A stretch of DNA of 62,174 bases, counting the filler, from Hausera hauseri (taxonomy: Eukaryota): NCBI GenBank assembly GCA_046269625.1. It is 11 parts of 11 records of this genome, joined end to end, with 100 filler letters (N's around TTAATTAATTAA, not from the genome) between each part and the next. Parts side by side here need not be neighbours in the genome. Positions count along the whole stretch, not along the records: positions 8,378 to 13,672 come from JBJURY010287391.1; positions 13,773 to 19,990 come from JBJURY010124317.1; positions 20,091 to 24,149 come from JBJURY010788201.1; positions 24,250 to 28,681 come from JBJURY010585000.1; 7 more parts are not named here. One strand, written 5' to 3'. Shown in pieces: positions 13,513-26,999 of the stretch. Position numbers and translations under genes: made by a program. Within the stretch, counting starts at the first letter, position 1. Each line of letters opens with the position of its first letter. Below the pieces are notes generated by a model. It did no database searches, had not been told where the DNA came from, and saw nothing but the letters and a program-made list of their open reading frames with translations.

Positions 13513-14299
13513 ATAATTACCAAACAATTGTCTCCTTCACTAATTAAATGATTCTTTTCATCCTTTTTTTGAATTTCCTGACTTTATATTGGCTCTTTAT
13601 TGATTTAACTTTGAATTAAATTTAAACATTAATATTCGTTTAAATTCCTCCTCACATCCCCCTCCTTTAAGANNNNNNNNNNNNNNNNNNNNNNNNNNNN
13701 NNNNNNNNNNNNNNNNTTAATTAATTAANNNNNNNNNNNNNNNNNNNNNNNNNNNNNNNNNNNNNNNNNNNNATGGATCGAGGTAAAATATTTTCTGTTT
13801 GTTCGATAATCCTTCGATTAAGTTGTTTTATAAATGGGATTTTTTGTTTCTTGTTTTTTGAGTTATTACAACTATTTGGGTTGTATAACATGTTGAATAT
13901 GGTAAAGTTTTGAGGTTGTTTTGGTATTCAACTTATTGATGTGAAAATCGGAGCTTTATTTGTGTTGTGGGCCCTATACAAGTCCCGACTATAACAATAA
14001 ATTACGTTCTATTTTTCGATAGTTTTTTGCAGGTGATGTTTTATCGTTCTGGATAAAACAGTTTATGCCTTATTTATCTTTAAGAAATTCAAATCGTAAA
14101 TGCAGGTATTGCTTGCTATATAAGTTATAGTGCATTTTAGAAACTTAGGGTAACTCTAATCACCTTTAAGAGGCGATGGAAACTATAGAATGAAGTTATT
14201 GAAATATGCAAAGTTTATTTAAATAAATACTTTTCGATACGTTTGGCGTTTTCAAAATCGCTGGACCTTGAACTGTTATATCACTTTCGCTTCTCAAAA

Positions 14300-17200
14300 T
14301 TGTTCTTTCCTTCTGGAATTAGGCTGAATTTGAACTACTCTGTTACATGTACCATCCGAATAACGCTTCTGCTCAGCCGCTTCGGTGCGACACAGGGCAT
14401 GTTGTTTTTGCATTATTCAATGTCCAAGTTTCAAGACATCCGCAACAATATTTGTGCCGATATGTTATCTAATCTGACATGGCCTTGTTTGATATTATCT
14501 CCACATACTGGGCAACTATTTTCTTCATCGATATCGTCTCTATCGAGATATATTCTGGGAATAATCTGTATCATCTCGAATAATAGACCATCGTGATCTT
14601 GATATAAATATCCATGGATCATCTTTCATTGTTTATCTATCGAGCTTTTGCGAGGATCGTAATTCACTGATACTAATGTCCAGTCTAAAATAATTTCTTT
14701 GTATAGTTTTGGGACTTTGCCCTCTTTTTGATACTTTTGATGTTGTTTCTTCAACATTATTTTGATTTGTGAGTCCACGTGTAATAACAATTTTCGTGTC
14801 CTTTTTGATTTGAATATTGAGGCTAGGTAATGTCCAATCTTCGTGTTCTTCACATATATGCTTCTTCTAGGGCGTCGCGTATTTTAACCGTTTTTGCGTA
14901 GAATACTGCTTCTTTAATCTTTTGATGACTGCAATATTCTGCCATTACTAACATTTTTATCAAGTCATCCTTAGCGGCATAATGGATATCTTCGTTCGAT
15001 TTTCTTTTCCGCAATATATTTACTTCGGTGAATATTTTCATAAAATCATCTCCTAAATTATTTGGTGGTTTTTCTTATTCTAGAATCTCCTTTAGTTTTT
15101 TTTTCTTTGTGATGTATTCGTTTTTGTTTGCTCTTCAGTATTCTTCGAACTGCTTTGAGGTTTTTCCTTTTGTGATCCTTCTAATTGTTTTGGTTTAGGA
15201 TTTTCTACTATGATTGGATCTGGAGTCCTTGGTTCCTTTTTCTCTAGTGTCTATTGCGTTTTGAAACGTTTCACCCCTTATCTTTTCTTTTGAATAGGTA
15301 ATTATATAGGATATCCATTTCTTTGACGGTCGTATCTCAATTTTCTGTCTACGGCGTATTTTTTGATTTGGAATTTCTGGTATCTTGAATTGAACTGGTG
15401 TTTTCGTGGTTATACCATTTGTTTTAGGTTCAGAACTGAATCCATAGCTAGTGATAGGGCTTTCTTCTATGCTTGGTTGCGTTGTATTGGATCCCTGAAT
15501 AGTTATTCGATAGTTATTTTGTCTTGTTGGTTTAACGATTCTATGTGCACATTATGACCGGTAGTGTTTCCTGTGTTTAGTACTCAACTTTTCTGTAAGT
15601 TCTGCCTTGAGTTTTCGGCATTCCACTCGCGGTCCCATTTTAAAGTCACAATTATATATCGCAACTAATGTGTCTGTTGGCTTGCGGATAGCACTCTATT
15701 AATTCTGACATGTCTGCTGCCCATTGGTTCGAGTATTAATTTGAAACATCATTCTGGAATTGTTTGGTAGCCGATTATTTCTTGTTAGGTTTTCCTGATT
15801 TGCTCTGTGACCATGGGATGTGTTTCCATCTCGCATTCATACGATACTTATGATGGGTAATTCTAATAACTGAACGAGTTCTCGGATTTGATATCCATAG
15901 AGGATACATCCATGTGTATAGTGATTTCGGCCTGAATCTGTTTGACATGTCTGCCATGCATGAGATGTTCCTTTTCGATTCCGTAGTACGTCTCGCACAC
16001 GTTTCGGTCCTATTTCTCGAATTGACACTTCAATCGGAATTCCATTATCCGTCATGTTCTCCACAATTAATTGCTATGATTCTTACATTTCTACTGTACT
16101 GGGACCAGTCTGTACGACTGTACATGTTCGTATTGTTCATTATCTGCGGGTTGTTGTCTAAAGCTTAACGGTGGCAGTTGGATATAAGGAGCGTCGTCGT
16201 ATGTGACCTCAATCATCAATTTTACAGGGAAAACGGCTACACTAAACTCTAATTCAGTTGTACACATGGAAAAGGTACTAAACCTATATTGACTTGCGTT
16301 CTATGGTTGATCTTTTAGCCGATAATATATTTCGCCGTCCGCTAAATGAATATATATATATATATGGTTTGGTGGTAGACTGGTTCGTAGGTGATTAGTT
16401 GTCTTAAAGCGTATGCTTTGACATATTTATCATTTCGCATGGCATACATGTAAATGACCTGATCCTCTTCGGTCATTCCTTTTAGGTTATTAGGAATTTC
16501 ACTCGTCTGATTGAATTTTACGTTTGTTTTTTCATGTAGCTCGTTATTCATCTGTCTATAGATTGACTTCGACTTGGGCTAAACACTAGCATGTTTCTGT
16601 AAGAATTCGTCGATACTGCGTCGCTCGTTTTGGACATTTTCAGTCTCCGTTGCCATCTGAAAAATAAACAGTACGGATTAATCCTAAAAACAAAGTATTG
16701 TTTTAAACCACAGGTTTCGTTTCGGGGCGTCATTACCCTTAATTTCCTTTCTTCGATTTTATGGCGCTTAAACCGGCAATATTTGGCAATTAACCAAAAA
16801 GTCGCAACTAACATTGAGAACGAACGTTTACAGTCCAATGATTGATAAAATTGGCAAGGTCGTTAATCCAGTCGATTTTTATGTAGTGATTGAAAGTAGT
16901 GGTTTCGTTGTCTGTATTTTCGCCTAGGTATGGTACTGCATGGATTTCGTCTAGAGTGCGTAAAGTGCATGTCTTGTTTATCTTTTTCGTATATTTGTAT
17001 TACATAATCCGACTGTGGTTTTTGTATGTTACATTGTATCTGATAACTGTTTTTAAATAATGTCACAATTTGGTTATTGTACAATGTTCGACAGCTTATT
17101 TGAATGTCGTAATATACTTTTTCCACGGAAAACACAATTTTATACTGTTAGGTCAAATATTTAATAGGTATACTTTCTAATTCTCCTTTAGGTATTTTAC

Positions 17201-18040
17201 TTGAAGTGGCGAATTCAGTGATAGTACTTACTTGGGTAATTGGTTTCTTTGTTACCTCAAGTGGAATTTTCCATATCCAGGCTTTCCGATAATAGCTTTT
17301 TAGATAAACACTTGGTTTATTGGGTCGGGTTCTGTATTGTTTTCTGAATTCGTTGCCCATCGGTATTTTACAACATGGATTGGCTCTATCTCGTTCGATG
17401 TAACAATAATTCGCTGAAGGGGTTGGCTTCTTTATTGGTATGAACAGCATGGAAATTTGTCTGTCGCCGATTAATTCTGTTTTGGTTTTTGTCTGGATAC
17501 ATCTATTTTTGATGTCCTAGAAGATCCCGACTATGTTATTATCCAAGATTCGCTTTTGTAGGTCAGTACTTTGGGTAATAATAATTTCCGCTTTGCTTGT
17601 TTTGTTCTGGTATGACCGTTTTGGCTTGCGGATTTACGTTCGCTTGAATTCCATAAAAGTGGTAGTAGTGCATAAGAAATATATTTGTATGTTCGTCCGA
17701 AGTCCAATTCACAACATTTCTGCACTATTCTTTATTGGGAAATCATCGTTATGTTGTTGATTTTGTCAACAGTATTTGAAATTTTACGTGGCCTTTAACG
17801 GATTTACTTGCCCTAAACCAGGCACATGGTTTACTCCAATGCCTATCGTAGACCTTTAACGACTAAGTTTACAATATCTCCATTTTTCTGCATGTTGTTT
17901 CTCGATTAGTTCTTATCGCTTTCCGCTTTGGCGGATTCCGTAGATATCTTCTATGGAGGAATCATCCCAAATCCATTGACTTTTGGTTTTTGGAAGATAA
18001 GCGATTAGTGATAGTGCTAAAACTATCTGGACGTATGATA
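14300..18040 (-). pseudogene. Decayed pol-fused accessory ORF: signal peptide, FN3-like repeats, TM, exonuclease-like domain, conserved unknown domain, RING
   Basis: Signal IVLALSLIAYLPKTKS. CCELDFGRTYKY and QKPQSDYVIQIYEKD resemble the 980-aa ORF. TM-like segment followed by CRFKRHK. Exonuclease-like pieces RIIAINC, GIPIEVSI, ETYYGIEKEHL and GCILYGYQI. C-terminal CPVC...TCPV. Confidence 0.7.
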
Positions 18041-19990
18041 TTAGTCTGGCGATTATAAAAGATTTTGTTCTTTTATCTTGATTTTGACCCCAGTTGTAGC
18101 GTTTGTTTGATCTTATTTCCGTCTTGATAACTTTTTGAATTGATACAACTTTACCGTTCTTATTAATATAGACTGTAGTCGGCGTGGTTTTGGTAATCTC
18201 GTACAGTCCTCTTCCGGTGCGAGTCGGATTTAATGACGTGCCTTTCTTGACTGCTGGGACATAAACCCAATTTCCTTGTTTCAAATTGTGTGGCTTCTCT
18301 TTCTTATAGTACTGTTTTTTAAATTGTTCTTGATATTCACGGATTAACTCTAGCAATTTCCCAACACTTCTGTAACCATGGCTGCAACACTTCCGCGAAA
18401 TTTTGTTTCAAATCTGCAGGATTAATCGTATATGGCGTCATTCCTAAATCTCGGTAATATGGCTTCTCGTTTATATATCATAAAAATGGTGTGAATCCGG
18501 TTGCAGGATGTGGTGTCGTATTTATAGCGAATTGAGTTCCCTCTAAGATTTCATTCAAATCCTTTTGGTCTTTTACGACTATTGTTGATAGAATACGTAT
18601 AACAGTTGCGTTCATACGTTCAACCATTCCATTACATTGGGGAAGGTATGTGGTCGTAGTTAGTCGTTCGATCTCTAATTTCCTCTATCGATCAAGTTCT
18701 AATCGGGAGGTCTGTGCCTGCAGACAACCTTTCTTACTACGGCTTCAGCTAAAGTCTCTACCTTTTGGTCGACTAGTGCTATTAACTCCGCGAAATGAGT
18801 TTGTGGATCAATACAGGTCAGAATATATTTATTTCTGTGGGTTGCAGGTAGTGGTCCTACAATATCCATCGACATAACTTTCATGGGTCTATCTGGTACG
18901 TTTATCGGTTTTAATTCAGATATATAATTTTTCACCCTTTTCTGGTTGCGCATACTTCACAAGCGCTTACCCAATTTTCACATCAGTAAATGCTTGGCCA
19001 ATATTTATTCAGTATTCTTTCCAGCGTCTTCTTCCAAGATGTGCCCAGCTAAATATGAATTGTGTTTTACCACCAGGACTTCCGTTCATAATCTTTTTGG
19101 AATGACTCACTTAATTCCTTTCTTAAGCAGACGATATATCGGTGCGTTTATTTTCGTGTTATCTAGCACAGGTGGCATAGTATCCACACAAACCTAACCT
19201 GTCTTAATTCTTTCTGGATTTGAGGTTCCATACAACCTGATATTTTCAGCAATGATTTATCTGGTCTCGATCCTCCTTCTCCAACTATATGTTCAAAGTA
19301 GGATATTGCATTTTGAGCCCATTTACACGTAAGGTTTAATTTCAATCCAGCTTGCTCTAATCGCATGGGTGTATCGTTAGTATCCTTCAAGCGCTCTTCG
19401 TTCTAGATGCTACCATTACATCGTCTAAGTAGACGAACGTATGATCAACTCCCATTAACATTCTATTCATTATGTGAAAATAACCGATCCAGTTGTTATA
19501 ACGAACGGCATGACATTAAATCCGTATATGTCATCGTGCGTTTTAAACGCCGTTTTATAATGGTTTTCGTCTTCAATTTCTACTTGCCAGAATCCGGACT
19601 GTAAATCCAGAGTGATAAAGCTTCACGGACGACAATGGAAAGGAGTCTTTAATCATGACAGTATTTAATGCTGTATAATCGATGCAAAATCGATGTTTTG
19701 TAGTACCCTTCTTTTTAACCGTAAGTATTGCTGAATATCAAGATCGATAACTCGGCCTAATTATATCTGCTTTAAGCATTCATTCAACTTTTTTATTTCG
19801 GGTCTTAGTGAGTGCGGTGGAGGATACCATTTCGGCATCTTCTGACCTTCAAGTTCAATTTCCTTATTTGAACCCGGTTTTTTAAGCCGAATTGTTAATC
19901 TTAGGGCTTTAACTCTACCAATATCTTCGTCTTGGGCAAAGAGTGATTTATAGCGGCATAACAAGTCATAAAAGCGACAGTAAGATTCAG
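18040..19990 (-). mobile_element. Degenerate Ty3/Gypsy pol (RT, RNase H deleted, IN), same family as the contig-11 element
   Basis: Motifs PPPHSLRPEIKK, RFCIDY, VMPF and LKPINVPDRPMKVMSMDIVGPLP. Colinear with 55760-58350 at both DNA and protein level. Confidence 0.9.
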
Positions 19991-20099
19991 NNNNNNNNNN
20001 NNNNNNNNNNNNNNNNNNNNNNNNNNNNNNNNNNTTAATTAATTAANNNNNNNNNNNNNNNNNNNNNNNNNNNNNNNNNNNNNNNNNNNNTTTTCTCCA

Positions 20100-20760
20100 T
20101 TCTGGGGGATCTCATCTTAGTGCACTGTGTTACAGAGAGTGAACCTGTTACACTGAGTAGATTGTTTCATATAAACCGGGATAGCTGCTTTAAGATATGC
20201 TTCTTTTCGACTTTCAACCTCCAATGGATTTGAATGTGTATAACAATGTACATGTTCGTCCGAACGCATTATCCAGAAGATATGTGAGAAAAAAATCTTA
20301 AGTTCTGCCTCTTGGATGTCTAGAGACCACTGAGCCCCTGATGTTAATGTAATTAACTATCTTCGAGTTTTCTTGCAGGAGCTGCTCCGTGTGTGTTTTA
20401 GTTTTTGTCGAATCTACTTTCAAGTTAGTCTCATTCGTCATTACGGCCTCCTCATCCAAAGTGCGTAGCTATCCGTTCTTCGTGTTATTTTCTCACTTTG
20501 GAAGTAAAGTTTCCATAATAATTGCTGCTTCTGATATTTTGTTTTGTTGTATCGCTCTGTCAAGCTTCGTATAAAATTCCTGATTATCTTCTTCACTGTT
20601 CTCAGAAGTTAATGCATAAATCTGTACGATGTTGAATATCGATAAGTTTGTCTTTCAGTGTGATCTACATTATTCTGTCTGATGTTGCCCTGTCTTTAAC
20701 TGTGTTAGCTGCTTCTTAACTGGGATCAATGCTAACCCCTTTCACATTCTTACTTCATCC
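20100..20760 (-). mobile_element. Non-LTR (RTE-type) APE endonuclease fragment, degenerate
   Basis: The minus strand reads SDRIM...NIVQIYALTSENSEEDNQEFYTKL, typical of RTE/BovB endonucleases. Confidence 0.65.
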
Positions 20761-21631
20761 AGAAACTCCCTCCACTAAGTTCCATCATTAAGGGGAGTCT
20801 GTTTTCCCAAACTAAAGCAATTTGACTTTTTATTATTATTAATATTATTATTATTATTTTATTTTTTAAATTGCTCAAAAACCTCTATTAAGAAATTATT
20901 TTTATTATTATTTTTCAATACCAAGAATTGAACTTGGTTTTTCCAAAATCTATTTATAGATGTGCTTTGTTAATCATTTCTTTATTTAATATTTTGTACT
21001 AATATCAAGTGTCTTTGTTTATTTGTATCAATAGGTGAATAATTAATTTATAAAATAATAAATAATTTTTAAATATAATTATATTACTTACTAATGTAAG
21101 TAGTATATTTAATAAGTAGTACTTATCTATTTTTAGATTTGAACAGAAGAAAAGTATATATGTAGAATGAGAATGAGCAACCAATAGAAATATAGTATAT
21201 AAATAGATATAATATGATTGGTTGCTCATTCTCAATCTATGTAAGAAATTGTTGAAAATCAATTGAATAACAAGGCAAGTGAGTAATTTGTCATTATTTT
21301 TATTCGATAATTTTTTGACATGTACAATTATATGAGAATTTGTATAAATATAATATATATATATGCACTTTCTCATATTAATAATAAATGTCACAATCAT
21401 CTTCCGAATTAATGAGTAAATCCGATTTCTGACACGTTAAAAGTTGATAATTGCTTTTCATAATTTTTTGGCACGTTCATTGAAAAAAGTTCGCCACCAA
21501 ACAATAATTTAAATCATTATATTTTGAGAAGTATCATATTAAAATTTTTTTAATTTTGTTAGTTAAAAAATTACTACATAGCAATTAAATAAAATGAGCA
21601 CCAAAAATATATTTAAATATTTAAACTATAT

Positions 21632-21929
21632 TTCTGATCTATTATTCTCATTGACTCACAAGCAACTCTTTCAAAGTAGATTTAAAAGATATAACTAATT
21701 TTCCTATTTTAACATTCTGGTAAGATGACGATTTGTCTCTCCAATGCATGAATGTTCGCATCAATGACAATTAAATTTATAAGCGAAATTTGACTTAACC
21801 AAGGCCCATTGACCAATGCCAAAATAGGAAAATTAAATGACATCTATCAGAATCGAAAATACAAAATTACAAACGTGTTACGTACTTTGAAAGAGTGCCA
21901 TATGAGTCAATGTGTATAAAAGATCAGAA
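21632..21929. repeat. Imperfect inverted-repeat (foldback/MITE-like) element
   Basis: TTCTGATC..CATTGACTCA..CTCTTTCAAAGTA..AATTTTCCTATTTT pairs with AAAATAGGAAAATT..TACTTTGAAAGAG..TGAGTCAATG..GATCAGAA. Confidence 0.7.
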
Positions 21930-22599
21930 TCCAAGTTTGTATGGTCAAATTGACAAACTGAACGTGCTTCAAAATTTTTAATATTTAAATTGATTACTGG
22001 TGTAGTAACCACTTCGCAATTTTCATTCGATTTTCGTTTGTGGCCTCAGTGATTTGCATGGCGAGGACTCAAGAAACCGAAACATATAGCAGATAAATAA
22101 ATGATCGAAAACGCAATATATCATTAATTTTGAAAGTCATATGCAGCGTATGGAAGATAAAGACGTGGCATATATATTCATATGTTTTGATGAATATTTT
22201 AGAATGATTTTTACGTTCGCGTTATACATTATTACCAAACAATTTTATTTGTGCACATTCTCTCTACGATTTCATTGTTTACAACTTCAACCGCATAAGA
22301 ACTAATTACGTCAAACCAGCATCCGCTAATCATTATCAAAATTATTTATCAAAAATTATAATAGACAGTCATCGACTTCCGTAGCAACCTCACGCATGAC
22401 TCAATTCTTTTGATTCATTTTACAACACCCTTTGTAATAATATTTAACTGTTTGACAAAATATTTTTTATTGAAACATACAAATTTATCGTAATCATAGA
22501 AATTGTCGGATTCATCTGTCATCTATTTCTAACTAGGAAAGAGATCTTGCAAGGACACTTAGGAATTGTGCCACGCCGAATTTAGTAAAATTTTGCTCG

Positions 22600-23200
22600 A
22601 AAGTTCCTAATGTTTACAAGGAACAGTACCTAGCTGTTAATCGGAGTTTTACATGTTTTACAAGTACAAAATTTTATGCTTATTAATAATATGAAAAAAA
22701 TTGCAAAAAATTGAAATTTCCTACAATTTTTGTTTCTTTTTTCAACCAATATTTGACTAATGTCGAATTTTCAGTTTGTCATTCATGTTATGTCATAGTA
22801 CAATGTATTCGTCTAATTATCAGTTACATCATTAATATTTCTTTCTTCCATGCAAATATTAGCTTTACACAATTGATGACGTTGTCAGTCAAATATTGGA
22901 CGGATATTTATTAGGTCGACAAAACATCAAGAAAACTGAATTAGTCAAATATTAATGGTGGAAAAATGGAAAAAATGGTTAATTCACAAAATTCTTCTGC
23001 ATAATAAGGGGAAAATTGACGAAGTACAAAATGATGTAACATTTAGAGGCCAATATAGCATGATATTATCTTTATTTGCAAAGATTTTGTTCATATTATT
23101 AATATGCACAAAATTTTGTCCTCGCAGAACCTGTACAACGTGTAAAATTCTGACTAGCAGTAGGGTGCTGTTCTTCGTTAGATAAAAATTCTGGAAAAAT
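22600..23200. repeat. Imperfect inverted-repeat (foldback/MITE-like) element
   Basis: ACAAAATTTT..ATTAATAATATGAA..AATATTTGACTAA pairs with TTAGTCAAATATT..TTCATATTATTAAT..AAAATTTTGT, and the flanks also pair. Confidence 0.6.
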
Positions 23201-24015
23201 CACGGTTGCAGTAACTTAAACATGTGCAAAAATTCAAATTAAAGAATGTAAAAAGTTCTAAAACAATCGATGTTTAAATCGAAACCTTGTTATAAATAAT
23301 TGGCAACATTGTTTCACTTTAACTTTGATTTCAATAAAAATCTAAATTTTTCAGTTTCCATAATCAATTAATATATTAAAATATAGATCGTTTTAGAACT
23401 TTTCAAATTTTTCTATTCCAATTTTTTCACAGATCAATAAATCGTAGCAACTAGAATTTTGCCAGATTTTAATTCTAAGCATTATGAACCTTCGACCAAA
23501 ATTTAATAATGTGAAAACAATTTCGGCAAAACTATGCTATAGATGCATTCAAAAATGGATGGGTTTCAGCACTGTCAATTTTCCATTAAAATGTCCAAAA
23601 CTTTTTCGACCAATTTTCTCCAACTATTGGATTTCTGTGCTGTTTGTAATTAGTCAAACTAAAAATAGTTATTTTATATTAGGTCGTAAGTGAATCATGG
23701 AATATGCCTTGTTTAAAAATATTTGCAGGTCATCTCTACTAAAGTACAAATGCTCAGCAAATCAAACAAATATATTGGACGAAAGTTAGACTAACGCAAG
23801 CAAACTACTTGAAATCATCTGATCTGTGTGTTGCATTGGATGTCTGAAGTAATCAATATCGATTTTAAACGTGTATTGATTACTTTCTTTGATTTCTTTT
23901 CGTATCATTTAATTTTGGAAAAATGTAAATTTCCTACAATAATTTTACATGTTTATTTCACTTGCTTTTAACTAACGAATGAATTGTTATGTAGTATTTT
24001 GTTTCACCACCTCAA

Positions 24016-24137
24016 ATGAAACTGATATGAATGAAACAGACAATACAAATGAACAAAAGGATGAAACTGATGTGAATGAAACAGACAATACAAATGAACA
24101 AAACGATGAAACTGATATGAATGAAACAAATGAAACT
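24016..24137 (+). repeat. About 45-bp tandem repeat (2.5 copies)
   Basis: ATGAAACTGATRTGAATGAAACAGACAATACAAATGAACAAAA is repeated. Confidence 0.85.
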
Positions 24138-25696
24138 CAACTCATAAGCNNNNNNNNNNNNNNNNNNNNNNNNNNNNNNNNNNNNNNNNNNNNTTAATTA
24201 ATTAANNNNNNNNNNNNNNNNNNNNNNNNNNNNNNNNNNNNNNNNNNNNTGGTGACATGAAGTCTTTGACCATCTCCCAACTGTAGGAACTTGAAAAGAA
24301 ATATGGTGTAGATAGACATGAGAACTCGTTAAACAACATGGAGATGAAACTGTTAGCGACCGCAGATATACTGAAAATGAAATTGGGGCACCTATGGACT
24401 TACTCCATGTTCAGCGACGTTAACCTGGCAACTGACCAGTAATTGCATTTATTTATAAACTGACAAGGTATCAGGTAAAGTGGTGCAGAGTTAGGGTAAT
24501 TCTGAGGCATTTGATTTACTAGGATGGAATATTCCCTCTAATTTTTTTTCATGCATGTGTGCATCAGCCATGTTCCTGGACAGAAGTTTTTGACAAATGC
24601 AAAGATCAAATGTCTGAGCACTTCTGTTCTGTGTAAGTTTGTAATGGGCATGCACCTTGGATGAAATTGATTTCAATCCCCTGGATGAAATAAGGCCTAT
24701 CTAATTTTTCTGTTGTGTAGTATCTTTTGTGTTGCATCACATCCATTCAGTCTGTTGAGTTCTGCATCTGTATATTTATCTTGTGGTATTAATATAAAAC
24801 AGAACTTTCAAAATCCTAGCGACATAAATGGTGTCATTTGGTATATAGTAACGAAAGTGCACAAGTTATGTCAAGATTTTCTTCGAAAAGTTTGTTTTGT
24901 GCAGTATTATTTACTGAGATGATTTTCAATTGCCTTTTGTTTCTAAACGCTGATATAGTTCTATAATTTCCCCATTAACGTTGGATACAGCTTTGCAATT
25001 CATATTCTGGGGTAAATGAAGGTGAGTAAATTCATTGAGAGGTTTGTTCCTGTGTTNNNNNNNNNNCCTAAATCAGTGCATCCCCCACATCCTTGCTGCT
25101 TAGCTCCAAGAGAAGACTGAAGAAATTGGCAGGAACGCAGACCCCCAGAGGACTGTTTTGTATGTTCTAAGCACTAACAGGACGAACGCTAAATCAGCTG
25201 TACCAAAATTAGCATTACTTGTAAAACTGCAGTGAAAATATATGCTTGTGAATCACAGATGCACTGTAGCCAATCTCAGCAGGTCTCATTCTGAAACACA
25301 TGTTAAACATAGTATTTATACCAATATAAACCTAAAATTAGCCAAAATTGAAACTGTGAAGTCTGTTCTTGATTGTAATAAACACACAGTATCTACAAAT
25401 TTTAATTCATTTTCATATTTTATAAAAGTTAAGTCGTTTCATTGGAACACTTTCAGCAATTTTATGTTAATGCAAACAAATCAAATATCAACAAATGAAA
25501 ATTTTCCTGAGTGGTTTCAAATCCCAGCATTAATTATTGCCCCGCATACTATTGGATGGATACTATTGCTTCTTACAGTAATTGGTGGAGCCAGAATATT
25601 CGGAAAGGTAAGTGAATGGATACTAGTAGAGTTCTCAGGATTTTTCCAAAAAGCGGGTTTACATAATAGTTATGTGAATGTTATTTCGTAATAATA

Positions 25697-26988
25697 CAGC
25701 TATGGCCAAATGTCTGGTAACTGTCAATAAAATGCATCTAATATCAAACATGGAAATAATAGCAATAATACAAACGTCAACTCAATTTTTTTGCTGTGCG
25801 GGTGTAAAAATACTTTGTGTTCTTTATTTACCAGCCTTAACCAATCAAAATTCCGTCAATTCTGACAGAGATTTCTTACATTATGCTTGTTAGTCTGTTA
25901 ACCTGCTATGGAGCTGTCTACTAGTTTAAGAAGCCAAGTCGTTGTGTTACATCAATCTGGTATGCTGCAAGTGCGTGTGGCTTAAATGCTTGGTCTCACT
26001 AAGCTTGTGGTATCATCTACACTGAAGAGGCACCGTGAAACGTGTGATGTTGCAATGCGGCCAAGGAGTGGCCGACCACATGTTACTACACCAACGACGG
26101 ACCGCATTATTCGACGCCGAAGCATTATCAACCCAACCACACCATCAAGGAAATTTGCTGCTGAATTCCAAGTCAGTTCTTATACCATTACACGCCGTCT
26201 ACATGACGAATTTTGACTGAAAAGTTATCGACCAGCAAACAAACCGATGCTCAGCGCCAAAAATATTCGCGATCGTCTTGCATTCTGCATGCTCACAGAC
26301 ACTGGACACCACAAATGTGGGAAACTGTGTTGTTCAGTGATAAGACGCAAATGTTACAGTTTGCTAACGATGGCCGGACATGGGTTAGATGTCCCGTTAG
26401 TGAGTGCTATGATGCTAAATACGTTGTTCCCACGGTAAAGCATTCTGCCAGTGTTATTATCTGGGGTAGTATTTTTGCTTCTGGTGGAGGTAATCTTTAT
26501 TTTCTACCAAAGAACACGACCATGAAAGCCACAAACTATTTCGAAATTCTTCAGGAGTATTTGCGGCCCATGATGACTTGTCGTAATGCTATTATCTTCA
26601 TGCACGACGGAGCTACGTGTCACAAAGCCAAGATGGTGAAAAAGTGGCTTGCGGATTCTGGGGTTGAAATATTGCCTCCGTGGCCTGGAATTTTTCCGGA
26701 CCTCAACCTCATTGAGAATCTGTGGCGCATTTTGGAAGTTAAAGTTGCTGCCCATCCAAGTAGCTTACAACATCTAATCGAAGTGATAAGAAAAGTATGG
26801 TGCAAGGAAGTGTCCATGGAAGTATGCCTAAAGTTGGTGCATGGCATGCCTAACAGAATCAACGAAGTAATAAAAAGGTTCATTTGTCATTTGCATGATC
26901 ACTGTTATATTGGTATGTTTGATATTAAATGCAATTTTTCATAAAATGCCTATTTTTTCACAAGTTACAAGACTTTTGGCCATAATTG
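25697..26988 (+). mobile_element. Full-length Tc1-like transposon (DD34E) with frameshifted transposase
   Basis: TIRs CAGCTATGGCCAAATGTCTGGTAACT and AGTTACAAGACTTTTGGCCATAATTG are flanked by TA. Motifs RSGRP, VLFSD, FMHDGA and PDLNLIENLW. Confidence 0.93.
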
Positions 26989-26999
26989 TATTAACTTTC

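Noticed and set aside
21005-21400. 131-aa hydrophobic ORF (likewise 25242-25691, 52455-52820 and 53360-53671)
   Set aside because: These are artefacts of AT-rich composition or antisense shadows of repeats.
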